From NCBI GenBank assembly GCA_965153285.1, contig OZ229116.1: 64,000 bases of DNA; one strand, given 5' to 3'. The translations under genes and the position numbers were made by a program. This DNA comes from Podarcis tiliguerta. Lineage: Eukaryota. Numbering within the stretch: position 1 is the stretch's first letter; every line of letters begins with the position of its first letter. The notes beneath the pieces are model-generated. The model did not search any database, was not told the origin of the DNA, and worked only from the letters and a program-made list of their open reading frames with translations. Positions 25,315 to 38,752 of this stretch are shown in pieces.

Positions 25315-26094
25315 GTAAGCAAGCCTCTCTGCTAATATTTCTAAAGCAGATGGCAGATCATTCATTTTTATTTTTTTACAAAAATGCTGAAATGCTATTA
25401 GCCTAAATTATGTTGCATAACTAGGGATGAGAAGCCTCAGGCCCCAGGGGGCAGAGTTGGCCCTCCAGGCTACCTCTTGTCCTCAGGCATTTGTTCAGGT
25501 CACACACACCCCCCCACTGGCCCTGCTCCATTTCCTTGAGTGCTTTGGGCTGGCTAGAATGTGGTCTTAACTGTGATAAAGCCCCTTGCCTGCCTGGATG
25601 GAGAGAGACTCGTGTATGAACCTCTGGCATCTGCATGGCTAGAACACAGCCCACTGTACAAAGGCAAGAATCATTCTTTGTGTTTCCTTCTTTTGTCTCT
25701 GTCCCTGCTCACCAGTGGCATGCAATTTTGTCAGAGAAAAATGCTTCCTTTGAGTCTGAAAAATGTCCCCTACATCTTAGATGTTCATTAGCTTCTGTGA
25801 GTTGAGCATTTACTGTCTTATAACTTCTGTTTAGAGCCGTAGTCTTCATTCAGCCTTTTCAGATCAAGAACCTACCTTTAAACTCAAACATGCACTGAGG
25901 ACCCATTTCTTAATTTTCTACCATCTGTTTCTATGGTGGTAAGAGATGCTGTTGCAACCCATCTTAGGTCATGCCGTGACCCGGTATTGAGTCCCAAGCA
26001 ACCAATTGAAGACCAGTGTTAACCTGAATATTATAATTAGTCAGTACTTCAGCTGTTCCTTAATTTGTTTGTTTTGTGGGGGGCTCTTTGACAG

Positions 26095-26221
26095 CAAAAA
26101 GAAACTTTGTGCACTCTATGGAAAATGGACTGAGTGTTTGTATAGCGTTGATCTTGCAACATTTGAAGCTTACAAAAAGAATGACAAGAAGAACACAGAA
26201 GAGAAGAAAAACAACAAGCAG
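26095..26221 (+). CDS. OSBPL1A: OSBPL1A exon
   Basis: KKKLCALYGKWTECLYSVDLATFEAYKKNDKKNTEEKKNNKQ; phase 2 to 0. Confidence 0.96.
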
Positions 26222-26723
26222 GTATTGATATTAAAACGTAACTTGGTAACAGTGATGTGTGTTTAAAACTAACAGCAGTAAAAATGTCCTCAGCTAAATA
26301 CCTGATGGTATTGTGCATGATTTGAAAGGATTTATGCAGCCATCCTGTTTTCCTCAGTGCTTTAAAAATCCTGAAAATGATTTTTCTTCTCCTTTGGACT
26401 TTGCATGCCTAGTTCACAATGTGACCCAGTTTGGACAATCTTGCAGAACTCCATATACCATGGTTTATAAAATGAGGAAAGCACACTGGGCCCAAAGCAC
26501 ACTTCTTTCACTGCCCTCGCCTCTCACTCAGCTTTGGCACACATTGGCTTGTATTAAGCTAAGGGTTCCTGTTATGTCAAAGCAGAAGGAACCAAGGCTT
26601 ACCCTTGGTTAACAAGCCAGGAAAATAAGCTAGGTTACATCCCAATGTACTGTTCTAGTTTACCAATATTAAGCTAGAGTTCCCTGCTTCATATGCAACA
26701 AAGAACTCTGGTTCCCTCATTGC

Positions 26724-27003
26724 GAGCTGAGGTTACAGGGGAACCAGGCAGAGGGCCTTCTCGGTAGTGGCGCCCATCCTGTGGAACACCCTCCCATCAA
26801 TGTCAACAACATAAACAACTATCTGATTTTTAGAAGACATCTGAAGGCAGCCCTGTTTAGGGAAGTTTTTAATGTTCGAAGTTTTATTCTGTTTTTAGTC
26901 CTCTGTTGGGAGCCGTCCAGAATGGCTGAGGAAAACCAGCCAGATGGGCAGGGCATAAATAAAATTATTATTATTATTATTATTGTTATTATTATTATTA
27001 TAT
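26724..27003 (+). mobile_element. L2-clade LINE 3' fragment with (ATT)n tail
   Basis: agggccttctcggtagtggcgcccatcctgtggaac encodes RAFSVVAPILWN; ends ataaataaa(att)n. Confidence 0.8.
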
Positions 27004-28339
27004 CAGAATCTTTACAGTAAACACCTTTAGGGTGATGTTCCTGGCATCATAACCTATGGTGGATTAAACTTTGATTAATGGTCCAAAGCAAGCCTATTTC
27101 TTGCTTTTATGGAGATGGCAGCATCTTGTAGTCCTGTAATTATAGAGGTACATAAAAAATGCTTTCAATAGACAAAAGCTCTTTAAACTTCATCACATTT
27201 GTGATGTTGTATCCTGTCCTTGGATTGATTTTTGCAGACAACATCAAATTGCGAGAGAGGCAGGCTGCCATGAAAAGTTTGTGGGATTCTCTCTCTTTTT
27301 GTAAGGGGTGTGTGTGTGTTGCTTTGTATACACAATTGCAAATTGTGGCGCCTGCTCTTGAGTTGATCAGCCCCATGGAAGAAGCTCATACCTTTTTAAA
27401 GACCTTCAAATTATTCAAGCAGAAAATAATCTAATTTTTACTCACCAAAACATAGGGGTTGTTGCAACAAAAGTTGGGAGACATTTTAGCACATGTTTAA
27501 TTTTGGTTGGATCTTTCCCTTAGTTTGTGTGTGAGAGATACCAATTCTGGTACACGCTTAATGTTTATAATTTCAGAATGCTCCAGTAGTGATTCACATG
27601 AATTGCTACCTGTAACGCAGCTTACTTCGCTTATTATCAGGAGTATGGAAAGCCTCTAGAGATCTACTGCAGTCTTTGAGAGGCAGCCCTGTGAAGGGCC
27701 CAGGAGGACAGGAAGAGCAAACAAGAAAAACATACCATTTGTATATGAGTCTTGTGTCACTAGCAAACTCTGGTTATGCAGAAGATGGCTGCTGCTGTGG
27801 TGCAAAATGCTTAAATATATGGAGCCTTGCTTTGGCTTGTAGATACGTGGAATTTACAAGGAAGATGGAATTGGATAATAGCAGATTTATTAATGGCAAG
27901 GATTTGAAGCTGAGATACTTCCAAGTCCCTTCTAGAAAGTTCTGGCTTCACATGCTCAAAAGAAGAATTGAATAGCTTGGGCCACAATCAGTATCTTACA
28001 CTAAGATCCAATAAAGCTGGCGCACAGGACATAAGGAAAGAAGGTTTTAAAAACCAATTAAGGAACAGGAAAGGGAAGAGACATGCATGGTTGAAGGGGA
28101 GAAAAAGAAAAGAAAACAAAGCTTTGCCCCTGGCAATTTCTTCCTTTTAACAATCTATGGTTTTGTAAATTTGCATAAACTCAAACATAAAAGATGTAGA
28201 CAGTTATTTTGTTTCCCCCAGGCAGTCTGCACATTTATTTCCCCGGTCCCCAATTGCATATGAACTGGAATTTTTTAAAATAAAAAAACACACCAAGGAA
28301 TTGACTTGATCAGATCAAAGGTCTGTCTTGGGGGGGGTG

Positions 28340-28447
28340 GGGAGCCTGCTGCCCTCCATACGTTGTTGGATTCAGAGCCAGAATGACCAGTGGTCAGAGA
28401 TGACGGGAATTGTAATCCAGCAACTTCTGGAGGGTCAGAGGTTACCC
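28340..28447. repeat. Short palindromic interspersed repeat (family A, MITE-like)
   Basis: gccctcca..gttg ... caac.tctggaggg inverted arms; related copies near 45674-45757, 50925-51040, 63770-63870. Confidence 0.6.
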
Positions 28448-29641
28448 TCTTGTCCAGCTTTCTGTTGCTAACCGTCAGCAAAACGTTCGCAAGCGGGGCA
28501 GGTCAAGAGATAATTCAGTCATATATCCATAGTACCTATACAAGTAATATTTGCCCCCGTTTATTTACATGATTGGTTAGTTATCACACCGCTGGGACTA
28601 TGGGTGTAGTTGGAAAGCACATGAAGCGTTAATTTATTTAAGCAGATCTTGTTGATGCCTGGATGGTACGGCCACCTGGGGAGCATTTTGGGAAATCATC
28701 ACTATTTAACGGAGGACTAGGCATCAGTTTTGGGATGAAGGACCACATTACCTTGGGGGCTAGTGAGGGGCTGCATAATGGGGCAATGGACTGACCAAAG
28801 CAATGAGTAGATAGGATACATGTTTTCTCTCTCCTCTCAAGCTTGTGGTGTTGCGCCATAGGAGGTGGCCCACAGATGGCTCACTTAATGGGGCTGAAAA
28901 GTATCCACATGAACCTTTTGACAACATTCATCTTAGTGTAGCATTCTGTATGCAGGCTGGTTTTGCTGCATTTCTCAAGATCCTAAAATAAAAACTGGGT
29001 TATTCCGAATCTAGCATGTGTTTCTAGAACACCTTTTCATTGAAGCATACGTTTTCTAATGCAGGCTTGTATATAAGGCCAGGTATCCTACTAGCCTGTG
29101 GAGAGGAAATGTGATTCTGCTAAGCTGCTTATTAGGCAGATCAGTAAGAAACAAAGCCTTCTCTCCATTCCTCCTTCACCAGCCAACTTGGTTTTGTGCT
29201 GGCTGCAGAGGGCAGAGCATACCGCCTTCTCCATCCAGCACAGAAAGAAAGTGGGCAAGCAGAGTAGGGGACAGATCGCTCCATCCCTCATCTGCCATCT
29301 TACTCACCTGCTGACATGGAATTCCTTATTGCCTATGAATGTTCCAGGGTAGTCCAAACAAGTGACATGTCTGAGAATGATCCCTCCCTCCCTCCCTCCC
29401 TCCCTCCCTCCCTCTCCTGTGCAGAGTATTTGGGAATTATTAAATGTTAACTCCAGTGTTGTCCAGAATGGTCTCCACTTTGACCATGTATCTGTAAATA
29501 CCTTCATTTGTTTTTTGAAAGGTTGGGGAGTATATATAAAATATAATACATATATTCCATCTGTGCCTAATTCTGCTGCCTCTTTTAACTACTAGAGCTA
29601 GTTTGCAGGTTCTTGTTTTTCATTTTACTTTCTTCTTATAG

Positions 29642-29758
29642 ATAGGCAGTTCTGATGAACCAGATGAGATGCCCTTGCCAGATTGTGAAAGTGTGTGCGT
29701 TATACCTGGAAGTGTGTTGTTATGGAGGATAGCCCCAAGGCCTTCTAACTCAACACAG
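29642..29758 (+). CDS. OSBPL1A: OSBPL1A exon
   Basis: IGSSDEPDEMPLPDCESVCVIPGSVLLWRIAPRPSNSTQ; 117 nt, phase 0 to 0. Confidence 0.93.
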
Positions 29759-31001
29759 GTGAGGAACCTTGACCAAGACTCTGCATTTTGTCAGTGTGTT
29801 GCTCTGTCTCATGTGCTGCATGGATTTGCATTTCTTTGTATATGTAAGAGTGAGGTCTATCTCATGTTGCCTGAGTTAAAGGGTGTGTAGGTGAAGGGAG
29901 GAGAGAATATGGATAACTTTCCACCAGCTCGTGCCTCCATTTCAGGAAAAACAAAATTCAAGTTACATGTAGGTGTCTGGCAGTAAAATTTGATCCTCTT
30001 GCTGTACCTTCCTCAACCTCTTAGCACCTCCATTACTGTGTGTAACATTTGTAAAAGACAGGATTATCCTTATCAGTGTAGAATTTTTTTGATAAAACAC
30101 TTAAGGTTTAGTTCGCCTTTTCTCTTTCCATAGCAAACATGAGCAAGGCTACCCCCTTCCTACCTAGACACAAGGCGAGATCCAGTGCTCCTGTTTCACT
30201 AGCACAAGGGATGTGTATTAGTAGTATAGTTTTGTTCTTAAAACAAAATTTAGGATTTCTACTGTTTAATAATTTTTTGAGTATTAGGATCCTCCCTGAG
30301 AGCTTTTATGGCAGAATATAAACTTTAGACTCTTGCTTCCTCAACACATATACTGCAGCACATGTCAGAATATATATTGTATACTTGGATTTGTGGCATA
30401 CTTGTCTGCCTCTTTTTTTGTTCTTTAGACCCAATTAGAATTCTATCTATTTAACATGGAGAGTTGGATATCAATTAGTTTCAAGTAATCCCTACCCCTA
30501 TTATTTATATACCATTAAATTCTCAATATTTAACACTAGTAAATGTTTGCAATCACATTGGAGCCAATACTCCCCATAATCATCTTGTGGTGATCTGAGT
30601 TCTGAAATATTCCCTTGCCTGTTGTTCCAATTGATGAGCTTGCTGCAAATAAAACAAACCTGTCCTTCATCGTGCAGCTTAACACTTTCTGTTATGTTGA
30701 CATTGATCCTTTTCCATTGATCCCATTCCAGTTCTTGAAGTCTTCTAGTTCGTCCTGCACAAAATCCCAGCTGTTTTCTGTTTGAAAGGCTACTTAGATA
30801 ATTTGATGATACCTGTTCATTCCATGAACATACTGCTTTCCCCAAGGTCACTGTAATGAAAACATTGAATAAAAGGCCCCAAGACTGATCCCTTGAGAAA
30901 CTCAGTTGGATACTTCCTCTGAGAATGCATAAGCCTATTAATAGCTGGTACTTGCTCATAAAAATAAAAGAACATTCAAAAAGCTCTTTGTTGTTTTTCA
31001 G

Positions 31002-31125
31002 ATGTACAACTTCACTACTTTTGCTATGGCTTTGAATGAATTGGATGAAGAAATGGAAAGTGTTATTCCTAAAACGGACTGCAGGCTAAGGCCAGATATA
31101 AGAGCTATGGAAAATGGTGACATAG
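31002..31125 (+). CDS. OSBPL1A: OSBPL1A exon
   Basis: MYNFTTFAMALNELDEEMESVIPKTDCRLRPDIRAMENGDI; TDCRLRPD motif. Confidence 0.97.
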
Positions 31126-31305
31126 GTAATTTAAAGGGCTAGCTGAATTTTAAAAAAAAATCTATATCCAATTGCTTCATTTTATAGGACATACTTTTCA
31201 TGTATAGATTTGTTTTAGCAATCAAATTTTACAGAGTCCCTTGCAAAGGAATGCCTGTTAGTGATATAAATAGTAATCTGATGCTAACTTTTTGTTTTAA
31301 GAATA

Positions 31306-31777
31306 CAGTGGTGCCCCGCAAGACGAATGCCTCGCAAGACGGAAAACCCGCTAGACGAAAGGGTTTTCCGTTTTGGAGGTGCTTCGCAAAACAAATTTGC
31401 TATGGGCTTGCTTCGCAAGATGAAAATGTCTTGCGATTCCTGGGGTTTTTTTTCCCTCCCCCCCTTTTCCCCAAGCCCCTAAGCCGCTTAACAGCTCATG
31501 GCTAAGCCGCCTAACAGCTGATCTAAGCCGCTTATCAGCTGATCTAAGCCGCTAATAGCCTTTTAGCAGCTAATCTGCTAATCCCTTAAGCCTTTAATAG
31601 CCGCTAATAGCCTTTTAGCAGCTAATCCGCTAATCCCTTAAGCCTTTAATAGCCGCTAATAGTCGCTAAACCGCTAATAGCGCTAATCCGCTAATGGGCT
31701 TGCTTCGGAAGACGAAGAAAACTGCAAGACGAAGAGACTTTCGGAACGGATTCTTTTCGTCTTGCGAGGCACCACTG
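31306..31777 (+). mobile_element. Tigger/pogo-like MITE with internal minisatellite
   Basis: TA|CAGTGGTGCCCCGCAAGACGAA...TTCGTCTTGCGAGGCACCACTG|TA; internal ccgctaa(t)ag array. Confidence 0.88.
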
Positions 31778-32124
31778 TATTTACATCTGACATTCCTCTG
31801 CTACAGCTAGCAAGGCAGCTCCTTCTCGTGCAATGGTTCTCAGTTTTGTCGTTGATTTTATATAAATGAAAATTTTTGCCTTCTGAATATGAGTTTCAGC
31901 TTGTCCTTTCTCACAGTGTCAACTTTTATCAGGAGCTGGTTTCTGATTTTGTAGCAATACCATCAAAATTACTCAGACTTTACACAAATGCAAACTCATG
32001 ATATATTAACAAATTTCAGTTGATTTCCAATGTAAATTTACAGAAGCAAAAAATATGTGAGAAATGCTGCAATGTCAGGGTTGTATCCAACACTATCACT
32101 GCACATAACACTATCGCTTTGCTT

Positions 32125-32369
32125 GAGAGCCAGTGTGGTGTAGTGGTTAAGAGCGGTGGAATCGTAATCTAGTGAACTGGGTTCGCGTCTCCGCTCCTCC
32201 ACATGCAGCTGCTGGGCTAGTCACACTTCTTTGAAGTCTCTCAGCCCCACTCACCTCACAGAGTGTTTGTTGTGGGGGAATAAGGGAAAGGAGAATGTTA
32301 GCCGCTTTGGGACTCCTTTGGGTAGTGATAAAGCGGGATATCAAATCCAAACTCTTCTTCTTCTTCTTC
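32125..32369 (+). mobile_element. tRNA-derived CORE SINE (Squam3-like) with (CTT)n tail
   Basis: A box TGGTGTAGTGG, B box GGTTCGCGTC, CORE-like cacctcacagagtgtttgttgtg, (ctt)n tail. Confidence 0.85.
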
Positions 32370-32811
32370 CCATAACATGACTGCAAATCCCCTGTGACAG
32401 CCTTTTGTACACCCTCAAAATCTGCTCCGGGGGGTTGGGGGGGGGATACACCTTCTGAAACAGAGTTGGAAGGCATGAGAGGTGCTATAGGTGGGGAAAA
32501 GAGGAAGGTGAAGTCCTGTTGCATATAAGACTTTTGCTCATGCCCTTAGTTAATCTACCTTACATGTCTGTTATCTTACATCATTTCTTGGTTACTCCCA
32601 TTATATGGGAGTATGGGAAATAAACAGTGAAGCTGGTGTTTGATCTACCAGTTCACACCACTGCACAAAAATCTCAAGATTCTAGTTGTGCCAACCAAAA
32701 CGGCATTAAAATTCTACTCCAGTCACTGACATAGCACTATTCCAGCTATTGGGAGTATTCTTCCGTATGTTTCAGTTGGATCCAGCCTTTTCTCTGTCTG
32801 TCTCTTGGTAG

Positions 32812-32902
32812 ATGTAGCAAGTGAAGAAAAGAAGAGGCTTGAAGAAAAACAAAGAGCTGCTCGTAAAAACAGGTCAAAGTCAGAGGAAGACTGGAAGACA
32901 AG
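32812..32902 (+). CDS. OSBPL1A: OSBPL1A penultimate exon
   Basis: (D)VASEEKKRLEEKQRAARKNRSKSEEDWKT(R). Confidence 0.96.
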
Positions 32903-35900
32903 GTCAGTAAACTGGGGGCTAAAGCACTTGATTTAATAGTTTACAAATGTTTTTTTCTAACTCTCTTTTCAAATGTCTGCATACTTAGGAGTGCCTGGCA
33001 ATACTACACATGTCCACTGCTTATGTGCTGCAGTACTTTGCCATTTCAAATTGCTCATAGTCTGAAAACTCACTGCACCATCATTTTCGAAAGAGGCCTC
33101 ATATTTTACAACAGTGATTTAACTACTTACTTCTGCTCATTTCAGTCATTACTCACTAGATTTTTTGCTCGTATTAAAGCTTTCAAAAGCGCTTAGGTTT
33201 AGCAGTCGCCCCTTGTATTTCAGAAGTGGAATTAGACTTACGAGTGAGGTAAACAAATTATTTCCAGTAGAGCCACATTGGAGTCTGTGAAAATCCCTAG
33301 CATTTTTAGGCCAGCAGTGGGGACTCAGAAGTAATTTGTAGCTAGTCCCAGGGGAATTTAGAAAGAAGGGTACTTTTGACCTCCTGTCTCTCTCCAGCAG
33401 TGTTTGATTGAAAACAGTAACGGTAGGCAGACTTGGAAACTCCCCCGTTGAATACTCTGTTGTAACCCAAGCAAGTTAAATGATTCTGGGACAGGAGTGG
33501 GATTACAATTGCAGTACACAGTACACATGTAATACTTCCACCCATATTCCATGAAAACATGAGGTCTGCATTCCCTCATTGTAAAAGACATGCATTGCCT
33601 ATGAACATACATGCATCTGTGTGAATATACATACATGGGCAGCCTAGTGCTAAGGTTTTTTTACAATCCTTGCAATTTAAGTTGGTTTTGAAATGTGTCT
33701 CAGGGAATGTTGAATGATAGGGCTGCAAAGCTACCTTGTGAAATGCAGCCTACACTCCCATTCTTAAAAAGGCATTTAAACCACAACCTCTGATTGTAAA
33801 AACATATTGAACTTGATTATTGTGCTTGTAAAGTACATGCAACATTATACCAACTTGAAGGAAGCAGGCACTCTTGTATACACAGTCCAAACAAGGTGAT
33901 TTTGGTGCTAAATACAGAATACAGCAATATGTCAAATAGACTGTTTCTTTGCCATATTTAATACTCCTTGCGTGTTTCTTTCATAATGGTAGAAAATACT
34001 GAGTGTACAGCACATTAATTCACATACCTTTATTGTGGGTATGTTCACAAATAACAATGGTTGTGAAGCCATTTCAGTCCCCCAAAATAGGACTTTAAAA
34101 TACCTTTTATTATTATTTGCCAGTAAGCAACACTTTCTAAAACTAGAAAAATGACTCCAAAGAAAAATTTTGAACTGTTGTTCTTTTTATTAGGTTTCAT
34201 TTGAAATTTTGGCCACTTACACCTCACATTCTGGTCCTTTTACACAGATGTTATACTGATAGGACAGATAGTGTCAGTATTAAAAAGTGATACAATTTTG
34301 TGCTTTATAATGGTAGAACACCAAAGTAATCATGTATTAAATATTCAGTTGCTCCAGTGGCTGTATTTTTTTTTAAACAAAGTTCAGCCAGAAATCTCAT
34401 AATTGGGAAATTTAAATACTGCTAAGTAGGGATGAAAACACATCAAAACACTTCAATACAAGTTCATCTAGTTGCATTGGAAACTCCAGGATGAAAAAAG
34501 TTTTCCTAAAAGAAGAAAGTGCTTTAGATATCAGGCAGGCTAAGAGGCTCAATAGCCCAAATTATGAAAACATTCAACTCTTGGTTCAAATTCATGTCCA
34601 TATTTAAAATCAGTTTAATTGTTTTAGGTACCGTTGCTGTTTCTTCAGTATAATTACATTCAGCAGGATGTTTCAGTTGCTTTGCAAACAGGTCAATGAA
34701 CCCAAATAACCCTGGACTATTGTCCAAAGAATGTGATGGGATGAATTGCTTCTGAAACAAAACAGCTGAAGTTACGAGTGAAAAAGGTTTCTGGCTTGTA
34801 AAAATAAATTGTGAAATTGCATGTTTAATGCAAGATAAGGGCAAGGTTTTGCAATATGAGCTGCTTTAAGGCACATCAGTAGTCAGTGTGGGAAACAAGG
34901 CCTGCCACATGGCAAAGTACTAATTTTCTAAATGTGTCAAACTACCTCCCAGACCTTACCTTTCTCACAGAAGGCAACAACAGGGTCTTCCAGCCTCTGA
35001 ATAGGGCAGTGCATCAAACATATCTGTTTCAGAAATGCAAACTTTCTACTGCATTGGTGGGTGCGTAGTAAAAATCAGAACTGGGACAAGCAAGTCTTTT
35101 TTAAAAAATCAGTGGGTAGCTAGGACAATGATACATTGTTGATTTTAATGGGACATGAATGCTTGACTGTGTTCTGGGCTACTTTTATTATCCCTGGTAA
35201 AGAGCCAAGTGCGTTGGTGTGAACAGGGACAGAATGGATTTCCAGTGCAACTGTTTTTCCCCGTTGCTGGGATTATTCCTTTTCCTTGCCCCACTCTACA
35301 TTTTTAGCAGGGAGATTGTGAGGTTGTTTTTTAAAGATAAAAACAAAAACAATAAATGCCCTTTTAGAATTCCAGTCCTATATTTTAACTGTGAACAGAG
35401 AATGTGAACAGAGTGAATGGTGGACCGTGACTCCTGTATATTATACTATTAACACAGTGAACTCCTTGTAAAGAGACAGACGGATAACATGCTGTATTAT
35501 GCTTTACTTTGAATTATGCATTTATTTCTACAGAAGTTGTATTTTTACATGGAATTGCTCAGTGCTCCTAAATGCCTACCATATGTTACAAACATTATGC
35601 AGAGAATTGCTAGAAATTGCACCCCGTGTGATAACTTGCCATAATGCTGGGTATCATAGTACTCTGGTGAAAACTATTGTGTGCAGTGCAGATTCTTCTG
35701 GGAGGCGTCCTGCTGTGGTTTGAAAATTCCCACCCAAGTTGGGGCTGACTCCGCACTGGAGTTGGAGCCCAATCTATGGAGGGCAGCAGACTGGGAAAGG
35801 CTCTGCTGCAACCACAGAAAGACAGATGCCCTTGGTCCCTCCTGCAAGGTACTTCCAGTACCAGCTTTTCAGGGGGAAGGGGGAGCATGCACACTTCCTC

Positions 35901-36065
35901 ATGCTGGTTTTGAGTCCCAGGAACGTAGTTTAAGGAAACAGAATGAGAAACTGACACTTTCCTCCAAGCTCAGCTGCCAGTTTGAATATTCATCATCAGG
36001 AACTTTTCCCCAGATACTTTTTGTCCTGTTGCTGCCAGACATGGTTTCTATTTAGAAATCAAGTA

Positions 36066-36624
36066 CCGTATTTTTTGCTCTATAGGACGCACTTTTTCCC
36101 CTCCAAAAATGAAGGGGAACTGTTTGTGCGTCCTATGGAGCGAATGCAGGCTCCTTGGCTTCAGCAAAAGCAACGTGAAGCCTCCAAAGCGCAGAGGGAG
36201 CGCTCCCTCTGTGCTCCAGAGGCTTCGCGTTGCTTTCGCTGAAGCCTGGAGAGCGAGAGGGGTCGGTGCGCACTGACCCCTCTCGCTCTCCAGGCTTCAG
36301 GGATAGCAGCCTGAAGCCTTTGGAGCGCAGCGGGACCTCGCGCTGCGCTCCAAAGGCTTACGGGTTAGCTGCGCAAAGCCTCCGCAGGGCAGCGGGGTGA
36401 AGGCACCCCGCTGCCCTGCGGAAGCTTGAAAGGCTGTCCCCGAAGCCAGAACAGCGAGACGGAGCACTGCGCAGCGTCTCACTGTTCTAGCTTGGGGATG
36501 CCGGGGCTTTATGGGGAAACCCCGGGCTTCCCCCTTCAGCCCCGACACTGATTTGATTCAGAATATTTTTTACTTGTTTTCCTCCTCTAAAAACTAGGTG
36601 CGTCCTTTAGAGCGAAAAATACGG
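36066..36624 (+). mobile_element. Tc2/pogo-like MITE, long multi-hairpin copy
   Basis: TA|CCGTATTTTTTGCTCTA...TAGAGCGAAAAATACGG|TA; same termini and subterminal sequence as 19744-20001. Confidence 0.88.
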
Positions 36625-38649
36625 TACCTCTATACTGGGAAGAAACAAAGCTGTACGTTGGGAATTAAAACTTTAGAAGCTTCTGAAAGTTTCCTCTGGC
36701 TCCAGACTTGGGAGTGTCATTGTGTATTCTTTGGTCAGAAGCTACTGAGCCGTCTGTGCATAATAGCTTTTACACAAACTTCCAAATGTTGCCTTCATAA
36801 AAATAATTATGCCAAGTAGGGGACATGAGCTAGCTGCCAACAGGCACTAGACTCTACACTTTCCTTCATGGTTTGCTCATTCAAATGTCTTATAGTTGCT
36901 GTAAGTTGCATTATTTTTTGTCTCTTTTTAAAAGTCAGCCAGTGGCCCAGGGACCCAGGTTTGATTTTTTCTGATACTTTTTTTGCTTGCTTTCCTAACA
37001 AGTTTGGCTTTGCATTTTAAGGCTTGAAATTGTTTCCAGTTCCTATAAATTAGTGATACTCGAAATATGAATTTGGTCCTCTTATTAGAATTCTGTCGGC
37101 TTTCCAACTTACCCAAATTGACTATTCTGATTTTGGGTTTTTATTTATTTGGGGTGGGGAGTGTTATTCTTAGCAGTTCTGGTAAACCTGATGCTTAATA
37201 TTTAAATAGACCTTGAATGTTAATGTCCAGGGTTTCTTAAGATGTACCTGGGAAGGAAAGGCAGAGGCATATATTCTTTTCCAGTATCATAATTTTTAAG
37301 ATTGTTTGGTAGTTTAAGGGTGAGTTTATACCATCATGGAAAGAATTTTAATCTCCGTATGACAATTCTCTCCTTACCTGTCAATTCTTTTTAATACATC
37401 CAATTTGTCAAATTTTGTGAAGTACAATCAAATCCTAAATTTCAAAACATGGATGTGGGTTTGTCTATACAGTAATTCTTCACCAGAGGAGGGATAATAG
37501 TGTTAAAACTCACTGTCGACTTTTCTTCCCTGTTAAAATGATCATATAAACTCAGTTTGCACAAGGTGCGGTAGAATAGTAAATGTACTCAACAATTTAT
37601 ATTGGATTATTTGCAGTATGTATGTATGTATGTACTCACTTCCGCCTATTCCTAACACCCTAATGCTTATTGGACCAGCTTGGACAGTCCTTTCCAGCTT
37701 TAAGAAGTGTCCTGCCATGCAACTCCCCTGATGTGCATTGCTTCATTCTTGGCTTGTATTATGCCAGTCTCCCTTGTGTTCCAGCTGCAGAACTGTGCCT
37801 TGGTACAAGCCAGGAATAAATGGCAGGGCTAGCACACAAGGAGGTGGGAGGAGCACTTGGTCCCAGCACTTGTTCTTGGCTTCATAAACTGGGGCTTATG
37901 TATTGTCTTTCTATACTAAACTGAGCCATTGATGAAGGACCATTGCAGGGATGGCTAGAGTGTTGCAGCGGCAATGCTACCTACCCCGTCACCTTCTCTT
38001 TTTCATAATGGTCACCTCTGTTTTTTGGTTTGTTAAAAAAAGCAGTGGCTGGTTTTAATTTATTTATTTATTTTTACCCTTTTCACAGGGAGATAAGAAA
38101 CTGAAGCTCACCTCTCTTTCCAGGGCTGTTTTGAGTGCTTGCTTCAATTAAATTTGCTAGTTGTTAAATTTTGAAAGCTGGACTGATATGCATGTAACTA
38201 ACCTGCAAAAGGAGGACTAGCTTCCAGGATCACATAATTAGCCAGTCGTCATGTGTCCTGACATGACCCTGTTGTCTCCACGCCCTCTGAAGAGGTGCAT
38301 GGGAGTGGAAAGGAAGGAAGGAAAGCTGGCCAGCCCACTATAGTCTTCTGGCTGAGAGCTCTCTCCCCTAAAGGAACGAACAAAATACTTGGAGCCATCC
38401 CTGAAATGAGGCCACAGCACAGTTGCCTCCTAATTGTGTTTCTCACTCAGTGATAAATACAATTTTCCCTTTCTCTCGGTTGGATCAAAACGTAGTAAGC
38501 AGGGGAAACAGTGGGTCAAGTAGATCGCGAGGAAGATAATTGTATTGCACTTCCATTGTTTCTAGAATATATATGGCAGCTCAAACATACATTGACTGTA
38601 ATGTAGATACTATGTTCAAAAGCATGTGACCTTTCTCCCTCCTTTTCAG

Positions 38650-38752
38650 GTGGTTCCATCAAGGGCTGAATCCATACACCAGTGGGCATGACTGGCTTTA
38701 CTCTGGGAACTACTGGGACAGAAACTATTTCAGCTTGCCTGATATTTATTAA
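38650..38752 (+). CDS. OSBPL1A: OSBPL1A last coding exon
   Basis: cag|G TGG...WFHQGLNPYTSGHDWLYSGNYWDRNYFSLPDIY* (TAA). Confidence 0.97.

Noticed and set aside
29642-29645. Tandem acceptor tagATAG
   Set aside because: Second AG shifts by 4 nt and breaks the frame; the first AG restores the conserved protein
30501-30959. 152-aa minus-strand intronic ORF
   Set aside because: No recognisable domain; possibly decayed LINE sequence, which I cannot support further
31478-31695. CRISPR-like repeat array
   Set aside because: No unique spacers, eukaryotic context, enclosed in MITE TIRs
32125-32200. tRNA gene
   Set aside because: A/B boxes belong to a SINE head; no cloverleaf or poly-T terminator, and SINE body follows
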